Shown here piece by piece: positions 51,473 to 62,600 of a stretch of DNA of 64,000 nucleotides; positions within the stretch are counted from its first letter, which is position 1, and the number at the start of each line of letters is the position of its first letter. Origin of the DNA: Minisyncoccota bacterium (GTDB lineage: Bacteria > Patescibacteriota > Minisyncoccia > Phycocordibacterales > JAQTLZ01). The position numbers and the translations under genes were made by a program. The stretch spans positions 121,841 through 185,840 of the forward strand of contig JAQTLZ010000002.1 of the NCBI GenBank assembly GCA_028714635.1, in the 5' to 3' direction. The notes beneath the pieces are model-generated. The model did no database searches. It was not told the DNA's origin and saw only the letters and a program-made list of their open reading frames with translations.

Positions 51473-51748
51473 TCAGAAAAGGGGAAGTGCACTTGTACAC
51501 TCGAAAGCTCCATAAATCGACGTTTCGATAACTCCAAGTATTAAGAAAAAAAGCACTACACTAAGAAGTCCATAGGCAATGGACGTCGGTATATCTTTTC
51601 TCGAAGAGAACATTCCAAAGAAAACTATACCTAAACTCAAACAAGCAGCGAACACTGGCCAACTTGCACAGGAATGAAAAAAGAATTCTATACTTAAGAA
51701 AATCAATGACAATAATCCTCCAATAACTATCACTATCTTGCCTTTCAT
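51473..51748 (-). CDS. small membrane protein, hypothetical
   Basis: 91 aa with three hydrophobic helices. Confidence 0.5.
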   Translation of the reverse strand: MKGKIVIVIGGLLSLIFLSIEFFFHSCASWPVFAACLSLGIVFFGMFSSRKDIPTSIAYGLLSVVLFFLILGVIETSIYGAFECTSALPLF

Positions 51749-51781
51749 AAATATGCACGTGAATTACATTCCTCTAATAAA

Positions 51782-52852
51782 CTACTCTTCCTTCTCTTCT
51801 GTACCCGTTGTCGGAGCTCCGTGCATCAAGAGGTAATTCTCATCAGCGAGATTTTTTGTGATTTCTTTGAGGATCGCTCCAGAGACTTTTTTGTTTTCTT
51901 TCAGAAATTGCCTTGTTGCATCATATCCTCGTCCGAGCTTTTCCTCGCCGTAGTTGTAGGATGTTCCGCTTTTTTTGATGATTCCCATTTTCTCTCCGAG
52001 TGCGATAAGTTCGCCTTCACGAGAAATTCCTTCATTGTACATAAGGTCGAATTCTGTTTGTTTGAATGGTGCCGCTACTTTATTCTTTACTACCTTTGCT
52101 CGCACGCGTCCTCCGACGATTTCCTCACCTTTTTTGATCTGGGCGATTCGGCGGATATCGATTCGTACCGATGTGTAGAATTTGAGCGCCTTTCCTCCCG
52201 GAGTTGTCTCTGGATTTCCAAACATGACTCCGATCTGCATTCGGATTTGGTTTATGAAAATGACGATGGTCTTTGAGTGGGCGACAATAGCGGTCAATTT
52301 GCGGAGCGCTTGCGACATAAGTCGAGCTTGCTTGCCGACGTGAGATTGTCCCATGTCTCCTTCAATTTCGTCTTTCGGTGTAAGAGCAGCGACAGAGTCG
52401 ATGACAATGACATCGATCTTTCCGCTTCGCACCAGCGATTCTACAATCTCGAGCGCTTGCTCTCCTGTGTCCGGCTGTGAAAGAAGAAGCTCTTTGATGT
52501 TTACGCCAAGCCGAGCAGAGTACTGTGGGTCCATCGCGTGTTCAGCGTCGATGAATGCGCAGATTCCGCCTTTCTTTTGCGCCTCTGCAATAACGTGAAG
52601 CGAGAGGGTGGTCTTTCCAGATGATTCGGGGCCGAAAATTTCGATGATTCTTCCTCGAGGAAGTCCTCCAATACCAAGTGCTGCATCAAGCCCGATAGAG
52701 CCGGTAGAGATAGCGTCTACGCTCACTTTAGGCCTGTCGCCAAGCTTCATGATCGCCTCATCGCCGAATTTGGTGCGAATCGCGTCCAATGTGTCTTCAA
52801 TATTCACCCCTATCTGTTTTGCCTCCTTTTTCTCCTTTTTTACGAATGCCAT
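51782..52852 (-). CDS. recA: recombinase RecA
   Basis: 356 aa. GPESSGKTT Walker [10 protein letters not shown] and the L2 loop region. Confidence 0.97.
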   Translation of the reverse strand: MAFVKKEKKEAKQIGVNIEDTLDAIRTKFGDEAIMKLGDRPKVSVDAISTGSIGLDAALGIGGLPRGRIIEIFGPESSGKTTLSLHVIAEAQKKGGICAFIDAEHAMDPQYSARLGVNIKELLLSQPDTGEQALEIVESLVRSGKIDVIVIDSVAALTPKDEIEGDMGQSHVGKQARLMSQALRKLTAIVAHSKTIVIFINQIRMQIGVMFGNPETTPGGKALKFYTSVRIDIRRIAQIKKGEEIVGGRVRAKVVKNKVAAPFKQTEFDLMYNEGISREGELIALGEKMGIIKKSGTSYNYGEEKLGRGYDATRQFLKENKKVSGAILKEITKNLADENYLLMHGAPTTGTEEKEE

Positions 52853-52949
52853 GTGTTTGTATGATCTGATAATGATAATAAAAGCTGTCGTTACAATCTT
52901 CCACTATTCTATCAAACGCTCGGTTTACCCGCCATAAATTTTTTCGTAT

Positions 52950-53309
52950 TTAATTTACGGCGGGTTTGTAAACTATTTGCAAAATTTTCTCTGCTGTTTT
53001 CTTAAATTGGTTCTCTACGCGGATTTTTATGATATTCAGTCCAGGCATAAGTACCCGCTCTTCTTTGAAGTTTCCGGCTTCGTCCATAACAATCGGATTA
53101 TCGTCGAGAGAAATATTTGTCGCGTCGGACACTTGTCCGGAAATAGTAATGGTCGAAGAGGCAACGGTCTCTCCGTCAATGGGGGAGGAGATTCTGATCT
53201 CGGGCCCGCTTAAAAGTTTTCTTGATTGATACCCTGCGTAGCCGAGAAATCCTGCCAAGAAGAGTATGACAAGGATCAATTTCACATAGAATTCTATCCC
53301 ACGTTTCAT
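52950..53309 (-). CDS. membrane-anchored hypothetical protein (small beta domain)
   Basis: 119 aa. TM helix plus an Ig-like segment. TAATG overlap with the ftsK stop. Confidence 0.55.
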   Translation of the reverse strand: MKRGIEFYVKLILVILFLAGFLGYAGYQSRKLLSGPEIRISSPIDGETVASSTITISGQVSDATNISLDDNPIVMDEAGNFKEERVLMPGLNIIKIRVENQFKKTAEKILQIVYKPAVN

Positions 53310-55558
53310 TACAGTAGTTCTTTGGGAGTGGCTTCTTCCGAAGTATCGTCTTCTCCGATTTCTTCTCCTGCATCACTCGCGTCTCCTCCCATTACTTCTC
53401 TGGCCTTTGCTCCGCTTCCCGCGCCGATTACTCCGTTTTCTTCAAGCATGTCGATGAGGCGCGCTGCTCTCGCATACCCGACTCGCAGTTTCCTTTGGAG
53501 GTATGAAGTGGAAGCTTTCCCAGCTTTGAGCACTATCTCGCGCGCCTCTTCGTAGAGAGGATCTTCGTCGGCAGGATTTTCACCGTCTTCGAGATTAGAA
53601 GAAAAGGCAACATTTTTTTCAAGAGCTTCCGGAGAAAGGTTTATCTCGTTCGGCAATTCATCTTTGTATTGATCGACGATAAATTTCACCACATTCTTCA
53701 CTTCGCTTTCTGAAATAAAAGGAGATTGAAGCCGGAGCGGTTTGGACATTTCTCCTGAAAGATAGAGCAGGTCTCCGGCACCAAGGAGTTTCTCTGCTCC
53801 TCCCGTATCAAGAATGGTTCGAGAGTCAATTTGCGACGAGACCTGGAGTGCTACTCGAGCGGGGATGTTCGCTTTGATAAGTCCTGTGATGACGTCTACC
53901 GAAGGACGTTGGGTGGAAAGTATAAGGTGAATTCCAACAGCTCGGCTCATTTGCGCGAGGCGAACAATAGACGCTTCAAGTTCTCGTGGATAGGTGGTCA
54001 TGATGTCAGCGAGTTCGTCGAGAACAATGACGATATACGGCATTGTTTCTGGGAGCTGACCCGATTCGACTGGAGCTGTTTCGCCTTTATGTGCTTCCAG
54101 CATTTTTTTCTGTGCTGGAGCAAGGATATTTTTATGGTATGACTCAATGTCACGCACAGACTCCGCCTCAAGAATGTCATAACGGCGATCCATTTCTTTC
54201 GCTGCCCATTTGAGGGAGAGGATGGCTTTCTTCGCTTCGGTAATTACGGGAGTGAGAAGGTGGGGAATTTTGTTATACAAAGTGAGCTCAACACGCTTCG
54301 GGTCTATCATAATAAATCGAAGGCTTTCAGGAGAGTTCCGGTAGAGAAGGGAAGTGATGAGCGCGTGGATCGCCACTGATTTTCCAGAACCAGTCGAACC
54401 GGCGAGGAGGAGGTGTGGCATTTTTGCGATGTTTCCAAAATGTGCTTTTCCAGAAACGCTTTTCCCGAGGCCGACGAGAAGAGCTTTTTCAGAAGACTGA
54501 AATTCTTCCGTGCCGAGAATGGTCCCAAGTCCGACAGTTGTCTTATCGCGGTTTGGTATTTCAATTCCAACGAGCGATTGGCCGGGAATCGGTGCTTCGA
54601 TACGGATGCTTTTTGCTGCAAGCGAGAGCGCAAGATCATTCTGAAGTGCGACGATCTTCGAGAGCTTTACTCCTTCGGCGGGCTTGAGTGAATATCGAGT
54701 GACCGAGGGGCCGATCGATATTTCATCCATCTCCACAGTGATTCCAAAGTTTTGGAGGGTTCTTTTTATGATATTCGCATTCGCTTTTATATCTCCCACT
54801 CCAGGCTTTCCCTTGTCCTCCTCAAGAAGAGAGAGTGGGGGAGGGGTGAAGGGTCGCATGCTTATGTATGACTTATGAGGAGCATCCATTTCCTCCTTTA
54901 CTTTTCGCGATAGTGGAGGAGTGTCTCCGGGCTTTTCAATTTTGTAAACCTTCTCGGCGTCATCATCATTTGGCACTTCTTTCGCGAGCTTCATCCGCAT
55001 TTCGTCCTTTTTGGTGAGTCCAAGCACGCTTACCTTAACTTCCTTCTCCTGCACCTCTCTTTTTTTGAACAAAGAAACAAACCAAGACCACTGAAGCGGA
55101 GTATCGAGAATTACGAGAAGGGAAATAATAATGACCACAAAGAGAAGGAAGACGCTTGCGTAGAAGTCAAAAAATGTAAGGAATGGGGTTGAGACGATTT
55201 TCCCGACGATCCCAGCTCGAAAAGGAGCGAGGAGATCGAGGACTCCGAGACCTGCGAAAAAGAAAAAGAGCGAACCAAGTATTCTCGAAAGGACAAAATG
55301 CCCGGTAGCTTTTTTGATCGAAGAAAATCCGAGAAGGATAAAGAGAAGGGGAATAAGAAAATATCCGATGCCGAGGAGGAAGGCGAAGAGTTCATAGATT
55401 GCTTTGCCTACGGGCCCGGCTTTATCCGCACTCGCGAGCAAAAAGAATACAGCTATAGCAAAAAAAACAAGACCAAGTATTGTTTGGGAGGTCTCTTCCT
55501 TTAATCGCAAGGAAGATCTTTTTTCCTCATTTTTTTTCGCCATAATTCTCATCATCAT
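53309..55558 (-). CDS. ftsK: DNA translocase FtsK/SpoIIIE
   Basis: 749 aa. N-terminal TM helices, AGSTGSGKS Walker A, VIVLDELADIM, and a C-terminal gamma winged helix (YLQRKLRVGYARAARLID). Confidence 0.95.
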   Translation of the reverse strand: MMMRIMAKKNEEKRSSLRLKEETSQTILGLVFFAIAVFFLLASADKAGPVGKAIYELFAFLLGIGYFLIPLLFILLGFSSIKKATGHFVLSRILGSLFFFFAGLGVLDLLAPFRAGIVGKIVSTPFLTFFDFYASVFLLFVVIIISLLVILDTPLQWSWFVSLFKKREVQEKEVKVSVLGLTKKDEMRMKLAKEVPNDDDAEKVYKIEKPGDTPPLSRKVKEEMDAPHKSYISMRPFTPPPLSLLEEDKGKPGVGDIKANANIIKRTLQNFGITVEMDEISIGPSVTRYSLKPAEGVKLSKIVALQNDLALSLAAKSIRIEAPIPGQSLVGIEIPNRDKTTVGLGTILGTEEFQSSEKALLVGLGKSVSGKAHFGNIAKMPHLLLAGSTGSGKSVAIHALITSLLYRNSPESLRFIMIDPKRVELTLYNKIPHLLTPVITEAKKAILSLKWAAKEMDRRYDILEAESVRDIESYHKNILAPAQKKMLEAHKGETAPVESGQLPETMPYIVIVLDELADIMTTYPRELEASIVRLAQMSRAVGIHLILSTQRPSVDVITGLIKANIPARVALQVSSQIDSRTILDTGGAEKLLGAGDLLYLSGEMSKPLRLQSPFISESEVKNVVKFIVDQYKDELPNEINLSPEALEKNVAFSSNLEDGENPADEDPLYEEAREIVLKAGKASTSYLQRKLRVGYARAARLIDMLEENGVIGAGSGAKAREVMGGDASDAGEEIGEDDTSEEATPKELL

Positions 55559-55759
55559 ATCATATTTTCTTTTTCTTTTGGCGCGGATTTGCTTTATAAC
55601 TTTAAAACTTTACAACTTTATAACAAAATCTCGTCAATAGACGGGTTTGTTTGTCCGATATATAATGGACACTAAGAATCAGAAAAAAATCTCCAAAAAT
55701 CTCCAAAAATTGATAAAGGACAGGTAAGGGAAGTGTAAAAGACAATAAAAGACACAAGA

Positions 55760-56617
55760 ATGGAAGAAAAAAACAATAGTAATTCAAATAACCGAAGTTA
55801 CGATTCTTCACCCAGGAATGAAGAAAATAAGGGATTTTCGGGTAATGAGATTAAAACGCAAGATGGGCACTTTGATTTCTTGTCTCAGAAGTCTCAAAGA
55901 CTTTCCACTGCCCTTTATATGCTCACTAACCTTTTTGAGCAAAACGACCCTCTTCGTTTCAAGCTCCGGGAGATGGCCGTAAAGCTCGTATCGGACACAA
56001 TGTGTCTCATACATTTATCAATAAAAGAAAGAGATCAGAAAATAAAAACAACATATTTTCTCGCGACAGAGATACTCTCTCTGTGCGAGATTGGTTATGC
56101 ATCCGGAATGATGTCGGAGATGAATCACCTCATCTTGAAGAAGGAATTTGGGCTTTTTACAGAGACTTTGCAGTCGAAAAGAGTTCGAAAAGATGAAGAA
56201 AATACTTTCACTATTCCAAGCAATTTTTTCAGCGTGAATGAAATATCGGACAATCATTCCGGGACGCTTCTGAAAGGAGGCAGTTTCGAAAAGGATATAA
56301 TCAAGAATCTTTCCACGGGAGACAAAAGACCCCTCTTGGGTTATAAAGGACATTATAAAAGACATATAGATGTAAAAGACAATAATGTCCTTTATAAAGA
56401 CATCCAAAGGACAGCGCCTGCTGTTGATAGAAGAGAAATGATATTAAAGGCTTTTAGAGATAGAAAAGAAGGCTCGTTGACCATAAAAGACATTGGGGAG
56501 GTTATAAAGGACTGCAGCGAAAAAACTATTCAGAGACAGCTCATTGATATGGTTAAGAATGGTGTCCTAGAGAAACATGGCGAAAGACGATGGAGTTCTT
56601 ATTCTATTAAGAAATAG
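55760..56617 (+). CDS. hypothetical DNA-binding protein (helical N-domain plus C-terminal winged HTH)
   Basis: 285 aa. C-terminal LTIKDIGEVIKDCSEKTIQRQLIDMVKNGVLEKHGERRWSSY resembles a wHTH. Confidence 0.5.
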   Translation: MEEKNNSNSNNRSYDSSPRNEENKGFSGNEIKTQDGHFDFLSQKSQRLSTALYMLTNLFEQNDPLRFKLREMAVKLVSDTMCLIHLSIKERDQKIKTTYFLATEILSLCEIGYASGMMSEMNHLILKKEFGLFTETLQSKRVRKDEENTFTIPSNFFSVNEISDNHSGTLLKGGSFEKDIIKNLSTGDKRPLLGYKGHYKRHIDVKDNNVLYKDIQRTAPAVDRREMILKAFRDRKEGSLTIKDIGEVIKDCSEKTIQRQLIDMVKNGVLEKHGERRWSSYSIKK

Positions 56618-57399
56618 GATAGCTTAGAATAAACATCTTGATTGCGCGCTCCCTACCATACATGTTCAAAAGTGATCTTGGTCACAATTTACTCTGTTCT
56701 ACGTCATTAAGGGTAGTCATACCCTATTTGGATTGACTTTAAGCCCCTAAATGAGTAGAATCATTGAATGTTGAAATACAACAAAAAAAGGGCCACATAA
56801 GGCCATTTTGGCGTTTTTCAACAATCCTTCTACGGGTGGTTTAATAAGGTCTTATTTTGGGGAAACTGCAGAAATCAGTTATCCACATAAGCCTTATTTT
56901 ACAGCTACGATATGGGGATATATAATTGAGCGGTGAGATAATTTCGCATTCAATTTGCGCAATTTATCCGGATACTGTTCTGTTATATTTGTCCGAGAGA
57001 ACGAAACAGATCATTGACATTTTCATAGAGAGTCCTATTTACAGAATTCCTTATTCTTCCACTCTTTCTATATGAAAGAGGGACACGACATGTTTACGGT
57101 AAGTATTTCAGACCAAAATTCGTTAACTACTTTTTTCATCTTGTGTCGATATATGAGATGGGGAAAATAGTGTAGTTAGAGAGAGTGCTTTGCAAGAAAT
57201 TGCAAAGTTACATATTGAATCATTATCGTTTCCGCATTGAAAAATGTTGAGACGAGATTGATTAAAAGCGCAAATGCATTTTTAGTTCTTAAGTCGAGAC
57301 TGAAATGTGTTTCGCACATTACGCAATCAGGAATAATTTTTTTCTTCATTCATTATTAATAATCTGAAGAGAAAGGTATTTCCAAAAAATTAATAAAAT

Positions 57400-59343
57400 A
57401 TGAATTATAAAACAAAGAGAGTAGTTGCAGGAGTTCTCGGTTTGGCAATGGCAGTCTCAATGGTTGCTGCTGCTGGAGGAGCTCTTACAGCTTTGGCTTC
57501 GTTCGACGTAAACCTTACTGTCGGCTCAACAGGAGCAGATGTAACGGCACTTCAAAACTGGCTTATTGAGAACGGATTTCTCAGTATCCCAGCTGCGACT
57601 GGCTACTTCGGTCCTTTGACCCAATCAGCAGTTGCTGCTTATCAGACAAGTGTTGGTATTACACCAGCAGCTGGTTATGTAGGTCCAATCACTCGAGCTA
57701 AGCTCAACGCGGGCGGTTCAGTTTCTGGAAACTTCCCAGCAGGTTGTACAAGCGCTTCAGGTTACAGCAGTGTAACAGGATTGCCTTGCGCACCGATTGG
57801 TTTCCCAGCAGGATGTACTTCAGCTTCAGGATTTAGTTCAACAACTGGACAGCCATGTTCGGGTGGTGGATCTTTCCCAGCAGGATGTACTTCAGCTTCA
57901 GGATTTAGCACAACAACCGGAATGTCATGTTCTGGCGGTTCATCAGGAGGTGGTTCACTTTCTGGTGGCGCAGGTGAAATAACAGTAACTGCTAAGACAG
58001 CTGGTACAGAAACCACTGTTGGCGAAGGAAAAGAGGAAAAGGTCCTCGGTATGGAGATAGAGGCTGATGATAACTCTGATGCTGAAATCACTTCTATGCG
58101 ACTTATCGCTACTGTTGACACCGATGGAGCAACAAGATTCAACCGATATGTTGACGAAGTAAAGGTATATATGGGAAGCAAAGAGGTAGGTTCATTGGAT
58201 TCATCTGATTTCTCACGAGATGCAGCTGAATTCACTGGAACCATTTCTCTCCATGGTGCCGTCGTACAGAAAGGCGAGAAAGTTCGATTCTATGTCGCTT
58301 TTGTCGCTAACAACATTATTGATTCTGATGATCTAGACAATACGATCAATCTCGTCGTAAGTCGAATCCGATTTACTGACGCTACAGGAGCAATCCTCAC
58401 AAATGAGGACATTGATACTGATGATGTGACCGTATCTTTCGAAGACGCAACAGAAAGTGATGGAGCAAAGGTGCAATCAGACTCTTCTACACCTGATGCA
58501 CAGATTTTGAAAGTTGAAGATAATAGTAGTTCAGAAGAATACCATATCTTCTCATTCAAGATTAAGTCAGACTCAGGCGCATCTGATATGGAGGTCACAT
58601 CGCTTCCTATCAACCTCTCAATCTACAACGCATCTACTACAGCTATCAACACGGAAGACTTGATTGATGATATGTATGTGATGATTGGTGGAAAGAAGTA
58701 TGATGATTACACATTCGACAACACAAGTATTGCTACAGCTAGTACAGAGACCGCTATAGCTACCTTCACCATAGACGAAGGAGATCTAACAGTTGACGGT
58801 GGTACTACTGAGCAAGCTAAGGTGTACGTCAAATTCGGTAGACAAGAAGACAAATACGCTGCTGCTGATACAACAGTTACAGCTTCTGTCGTCGGTTCTA
58901 CTATTGACGCAGAAAACTCTAACGGTGATACCATTGACTTGACTGGTACTGTCACTGGAAAGACAATGACAGCTGCTATTTCTGCTGCTGAAGTCACAGA
59001 CTTCACTTGGGCAGTAGGAACTGGCGGAACATACATAGACTTCTTCTTCACAGTAACAGCTGGCGATGAAGACTTCGATGTTCTTACAGCAAGCATTGCT
59101 TCTTCTACATCTGGTAATGCAACAACATCTTCTGGAACTCTCACAAAGAGCTCTGGCGATGATGTAACTAGCATTTCAGGAGGATTCACTGTCGCTTCTG
59201 GAGATACAACAACGTTCAAAGTTAGATACTTGGTAACAGGTTCTAACGGAACAATCTCAACAGTAACGATTACTTCTGTGGCTGGACAAGAGGTACCTGA
59301 CAACAAACAGGAATCTCCTACAGCAACAAGAAACGTTTACTAA
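57400..59343 (+). CDS. secreted peptidoglycan-binding-domain protein with Cys-repeat and Thr/Ser/Asp-rich beta region
   Basis: 647 aa. Signal/TM, PG_binding_1-like segment (GADVTALQNWL..GYFGPLTQSAVAAYQ), and three FPAGCTSASG(F/Y)S..TG..C repeats. Confidence 0.75.
   Translation: MNYKTKRVVAGVLGLAMAVSMVAAAGGALTALASFDVNLTVGSTGADVTALQNWLIENGFLSIPAATGYFGPLTQSAVAAYQTSVGITPAAGYVGPITRAKLNAGGSVSGNFPAGCTSASGYSSVTGLPCAPIGFPAGCTSASGFSSTTGQPCSGGGSFPAGCTSASGFSTTTGMSCSGGSSGGGSLSGGAGEITVTAKTAGTETTVGEGKEEKVLGMEIEADDNSDAEITSMRLIATVDTDGATRFNRYVDEVKVYMGSKEVGSLDSSDFSRDAAEFTGTISLHGAVVQKGEKVRFYVAFVANNIIDSDDLDNTINLVVSRIRFTDATGAILTNEDIDTDDVTVSFEDATESDGAKVQSDSSTPDAQILKVEDNSSSEEYHIFSFKIKSDSGASDMEVTSLPINLSIYNASTTAINTEDLIDDMYVMIGGKKYDDYTFDNTSIATASTETAIATFTIDEGDLTVDGGTTEQAKVYVKFGRQEDKYAAADTTVTASVVGSTIDAENSNGDTIDLTGTVTGKTMTAAISAAEVTDFTWAVGTGGTYIDFFFTVTAGDEDFDVLTASIASSTSGNATTSSGTLTKSSGDDVTSISGGFTVASGDTTTFKVRYLVTGSNGTISTVTITSVAGQEVPDNKQESPTATRNVY
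57733..57945 (+). repeat. three tandem 69-72-nt coding repeats
   Basis: Units start at 57733, 57802 and 57874. Units 2 and 3 share an identical 35-nt stretch, TTCCCAGCAGGATGTACTTCAGCTTCAGGATTTAG. Confidence 0.85.
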
Positions 59344-59385
59344 TCTCTTGTGACTTATTGGGCCCAAAAGCCTAATGAGATGATT

Positions 59386-59417
59386 ACAAAACCGCCCTTC
59401 GGGGCGGTTTTGTTTTG
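59386..59417 (+). terminator. rho-independent terminator (first of a tandem pair)
   Basis: AAAACCGCCC-TTCG-GGGCGGTTTT, then GTTTTG. Confidence 0.8.
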
Positions 59418-59450
59418 TCTGGTTTCTCATATAAAGTTGGAAAGGCCTTA

Positions 59451-59487
59451 AAAGCCCCGCCGAGCTTGCTCTCGGCGGGGCTTTTTT
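59451..59487 (+). terminator. rho-independent terminator (second of a tandem pair)
   Basis: GCCCCGCCGAG/CTCGGCGGGGC 11-bp stem, then TTTTTT. Confidence 0.8.
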
Positions 59488-59526
59488 GTGGATGTTTTCT
59501 TCCGAGATGGATGGTACACTATTCGT

Positions 59527-59685
59527 ATGTGGAAATACTTCGATAAGACCTTTTTTAAGTTTCTGATAGGTTTTTTGGTCATTCTGACCGCCAGTTTTCT
59601 CCTCCTCATTTTCACCAACGCCTATAAGATAAAAATCGAAGCGCAATCCCAATTCGCCAATCCTCCTTTAGTGCAAGATCAATGA
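59527..59685 (+). CDS. small membrane protein (52 aa), hypothetical
   Basis: The ATG at 59527 lies 6 nt after TGGTACACT (59512-59520). One TM helix. ATGA overlap with the next gene. Confidence 0.5.
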   Translation: MWKYFDKTFFKFLIGFLVILTASFLLLIFTNAYKIKIEAQSQFANPPLVQDQ

Positions 59686-62600
59686 GACGGCGAGGGTTAC
59701 AAATTTTTCTCCTCATTTTTTCTTCTCTCTGCATTTTCAATATAAACTCTGTAAAAGCGGAGACCGTCATCACCGATTCAGAAATTTCTGTCGATACCAC
59801 ATGGACAAAAGTAAATAGCCCCTATATTATTTCAGGCGATTTGATTATCGATTCAGGCGTGACTCTCACAATTGAACCAGGAGTTATTGTGAAAATGGAA
59901 AACAGCGCTTTGTATGTAGATGGGAAAATCGTCGCGGAAGGCACTGAAAACGAGAAGATATACTTCACCTCGTTTGCAGACGATTCTCTCGGAGGAGACA
60001 CGAATGGCGACGGTGCTCTCACGACACCATCGGAATTCGATTACGACGGCATCAGGTTGTGGGGAAGCGACCCTGGATCACATTTCTCTCATGCAGTTTT
60101 CCAGTATGCTTCAATAGCTCTCGATTTCGATACCACTACTGCCACACTGGATGCTGTCTCCATCGAGCATGGCAATGGAGGAATCTCTGCCTTTAATGCA
60201 GATATTTCTCTTAAAAATTCTCATCTTTTCGATCTTTCATTTGATGCAGTTGATGGATATGGCGCGAGTAAGATACTCGTTGCTTCAAGCATTATCGAAG
60301 ATCTTCAGGGCTCTGCTTTTGGCATGTATAACGACTCGATGCTCATACTCAAAGACTCGACGATAAAAAATCTTCAAGATGGAACTGGTGTGATCTTATT
60401 CGATTCTTTTGCGGATATTCAAGATTCGACTTTTGAAAATATTACTCGGGATGCGGTGGGTGTCTACAATTCGAAGCTTACTTTCAAGGATTCTTCAGCC
60501 AAAGATAATGATTGGGGTTCTGCAATTTATGCGCAAGGCACAAGCGATGTCACCATTTCAGGAAGTTCATTCGACGGCGGTTTCAATTCGGGCGTTGAAT
60601 TTTATGGAAACAGCTGGAGCGGACAACATTCTTCTTTTTCTGTATCAAACTCGACTTTTCAAAATTATCTTTATGCCGGAATAAGTGCGGGGGATATTGT
60701 TTCCGGGAGTATCGCTTCAAGCACAATTCAGAAAAATTTTATCGGTCTTGATGTGTGGAATATCCCGTTGCTCATAAGCGGAAGTGCAATAAAAGAGAAT
60801 GATCTTCTGGGACTTTGGAATGAATCGGATGAAAAAGTAGTTGATGCAAAAAATAACTGGTGGGGAGATGTAGGAGGCCCGTACGAAGAAGTTGGGAATC
60901 CGCTTGGATTTGGAAATGAGGTAATGGGAGCTGTTAATTACACGCCATGGCTTAGCGAAGATCCATTTTTAGTAATAGAGCCGGAGTGCTGTTCAAGCGT
61001 TGCATTTTTGCCGGGAATCGAGGGAAGTAGGTTGTATAAGCAGGGCCTGATTTTTGAAGACCAGCTTTGGGAGCCGAATTACTATAGCGATGTAGAGGCT
61101 CTTCATTTAGATGCAAATGGAAAAAGCAAAGACCCTTCGGTTTACACAAAGGACGTTATTGATAGTGTAAATATTGCGGGTACAAAAATTTACCGAAGTT
61201 TCATGGATGAGATGGATGGTTTGAAAACCGCAGGCACAATATCAGATTGGGAACCGCTTCCGTATGATTGGCGGCTTTCCGCGGATGATACGGTGGCGAA
61301 TCCTGTGAAGCTCGCAGGCGGGGGTACATATTCGATGGTTGCCCAAATTGAAAATCTGGCGGCAAATTCGAAAACGGGGAAAGTCACGCTCATCGCGCAC
61401 AGTATGGGAGGAATTGTAAGCAAAGCGCTTATCAAAGCACTTGAGGCAAAAGGGGAGGCGGGACTTATCGATAAGTTAATTCTGGTCGCCTCTCCGCAGA
61501 TCGGTACGCCACAGACAATTGGTTCGCTTCTGCACGGATACGGAGAAGAACTTTTCCACGGACTTCTGGCGGGCGCAGCCACAATGCGAACATTTGGCGA
61601 GAATCTTTCCGGAGCGTATCAGCTTTTGCCTTCTGCAGAATATTTTACAAAAGTGTCGGATCCGGTTGTTACATTTGATCCATCAATCGATACCGTTTCA
61701 GATTTCAGACAAAAATATGGAGAAAGTATTTCCACCAAAGCAGGACTTCAGAATTTTCTTCTTGGAGCAGATGGCAGAGCAAAACCATCGGCAGAAGATA
61801 TTACCTTGCCGAATATTTTGAATTCTACAATTCTCACAAATGTAAATACACTTCATGACAATATCGATTCATACCAAATTCCGTCGGACATTGCAGTAAC
61901 GCAAATTGCCGGTTGGGGATTGGATACGATAAAAGGAATTAAATATCAGACGAAAGATGTAACAGTCTGCGCCGATAAAGGAGCCTGTCAGACGAATAAA
62001 GAATTGGACATGCGACCAATCTTTACGGAAGATGGAGATGGGACGGTGGTGGTGCCAAGTGCGGCGAAGTTGAATACGAGTAAATATTTTTTTGATTTTC
62101 CCCTCTATAACTCGCAATTTAATATATCTCTTGAACATAAGAACATTCTCGAGTCTTCTGTAATTCTCGATTTTCTAAAAAACAAAATTATCGAAGCGAC
62201 AAGTTCTGCTGATTTCATTACTTCCACAGAACCAGATCCAGTTGATCTTGGCAAACAGATTCGTCTTTCTGGTCACTCGCCGATTTCACTAGATCTCTAT
62301 GATAGCGACGGTCATCACACGGGCCTTATCTCTATTCCTAATTCAGATTTTAATTACGCAGAAGAACAAATTCCGAATAGTTATTATTTTGAACTTGGCG
62401 ATGGGAAGTATGTAGGATTCCCAGATGATAATTCCACAAATGTAAAAATATCTGGCACTGGTATTGGAACTTTTACCCTCGATATTGAACGAGTGGTAGG
62501 AGGCCAGACAACCACAACTTCTTCATACGCGGATATTCCCGTTTTCCCAACAACGCAAGCCTCTCTTCTCGTATCTGCGACTTCCACCACGCTTTCACTA

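Noticed and set aside
55736-56512. About eight occurrences of ATAAA(A/G)GACA in and upstream of the 55760 gene, considered as iterons of a plasmid-like replicon.
   Set aside because: Most copies lie inside the coding region and follow from repeated Lys-Asp/Lys-Gly-His codon strings (YKD, VKD, IKD, YKRH). Only the two upstream copies are non-coding, and those are noted in the regulatory-repeat finding.
56879-56888. A perfect DnaA-box consensus (TTATCCACA) inside the 780-bp ORF-free AT-rich gap, which could indicate a possible oriC.
   Set aside because: There is only a single consensus box. The nearest other candidate is TTATCCGGA, which has two mismatches. No dnaA/dnaN is nearby and there is no cluster of boxes or obvious AT-rich 13-mers. 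The evidence for an origin is insufficient.
57733-57945. Three tandem repeats of about 70 nt, considered as a CRISPR-like array or a DGR variable region.
   Set aside because: The repeats are contiguous with no spacers, in frame, and encode the FPAGCTSASGFS..C protein repeat. No reverse transcriptase, template repeat or cas gene is present in the window.
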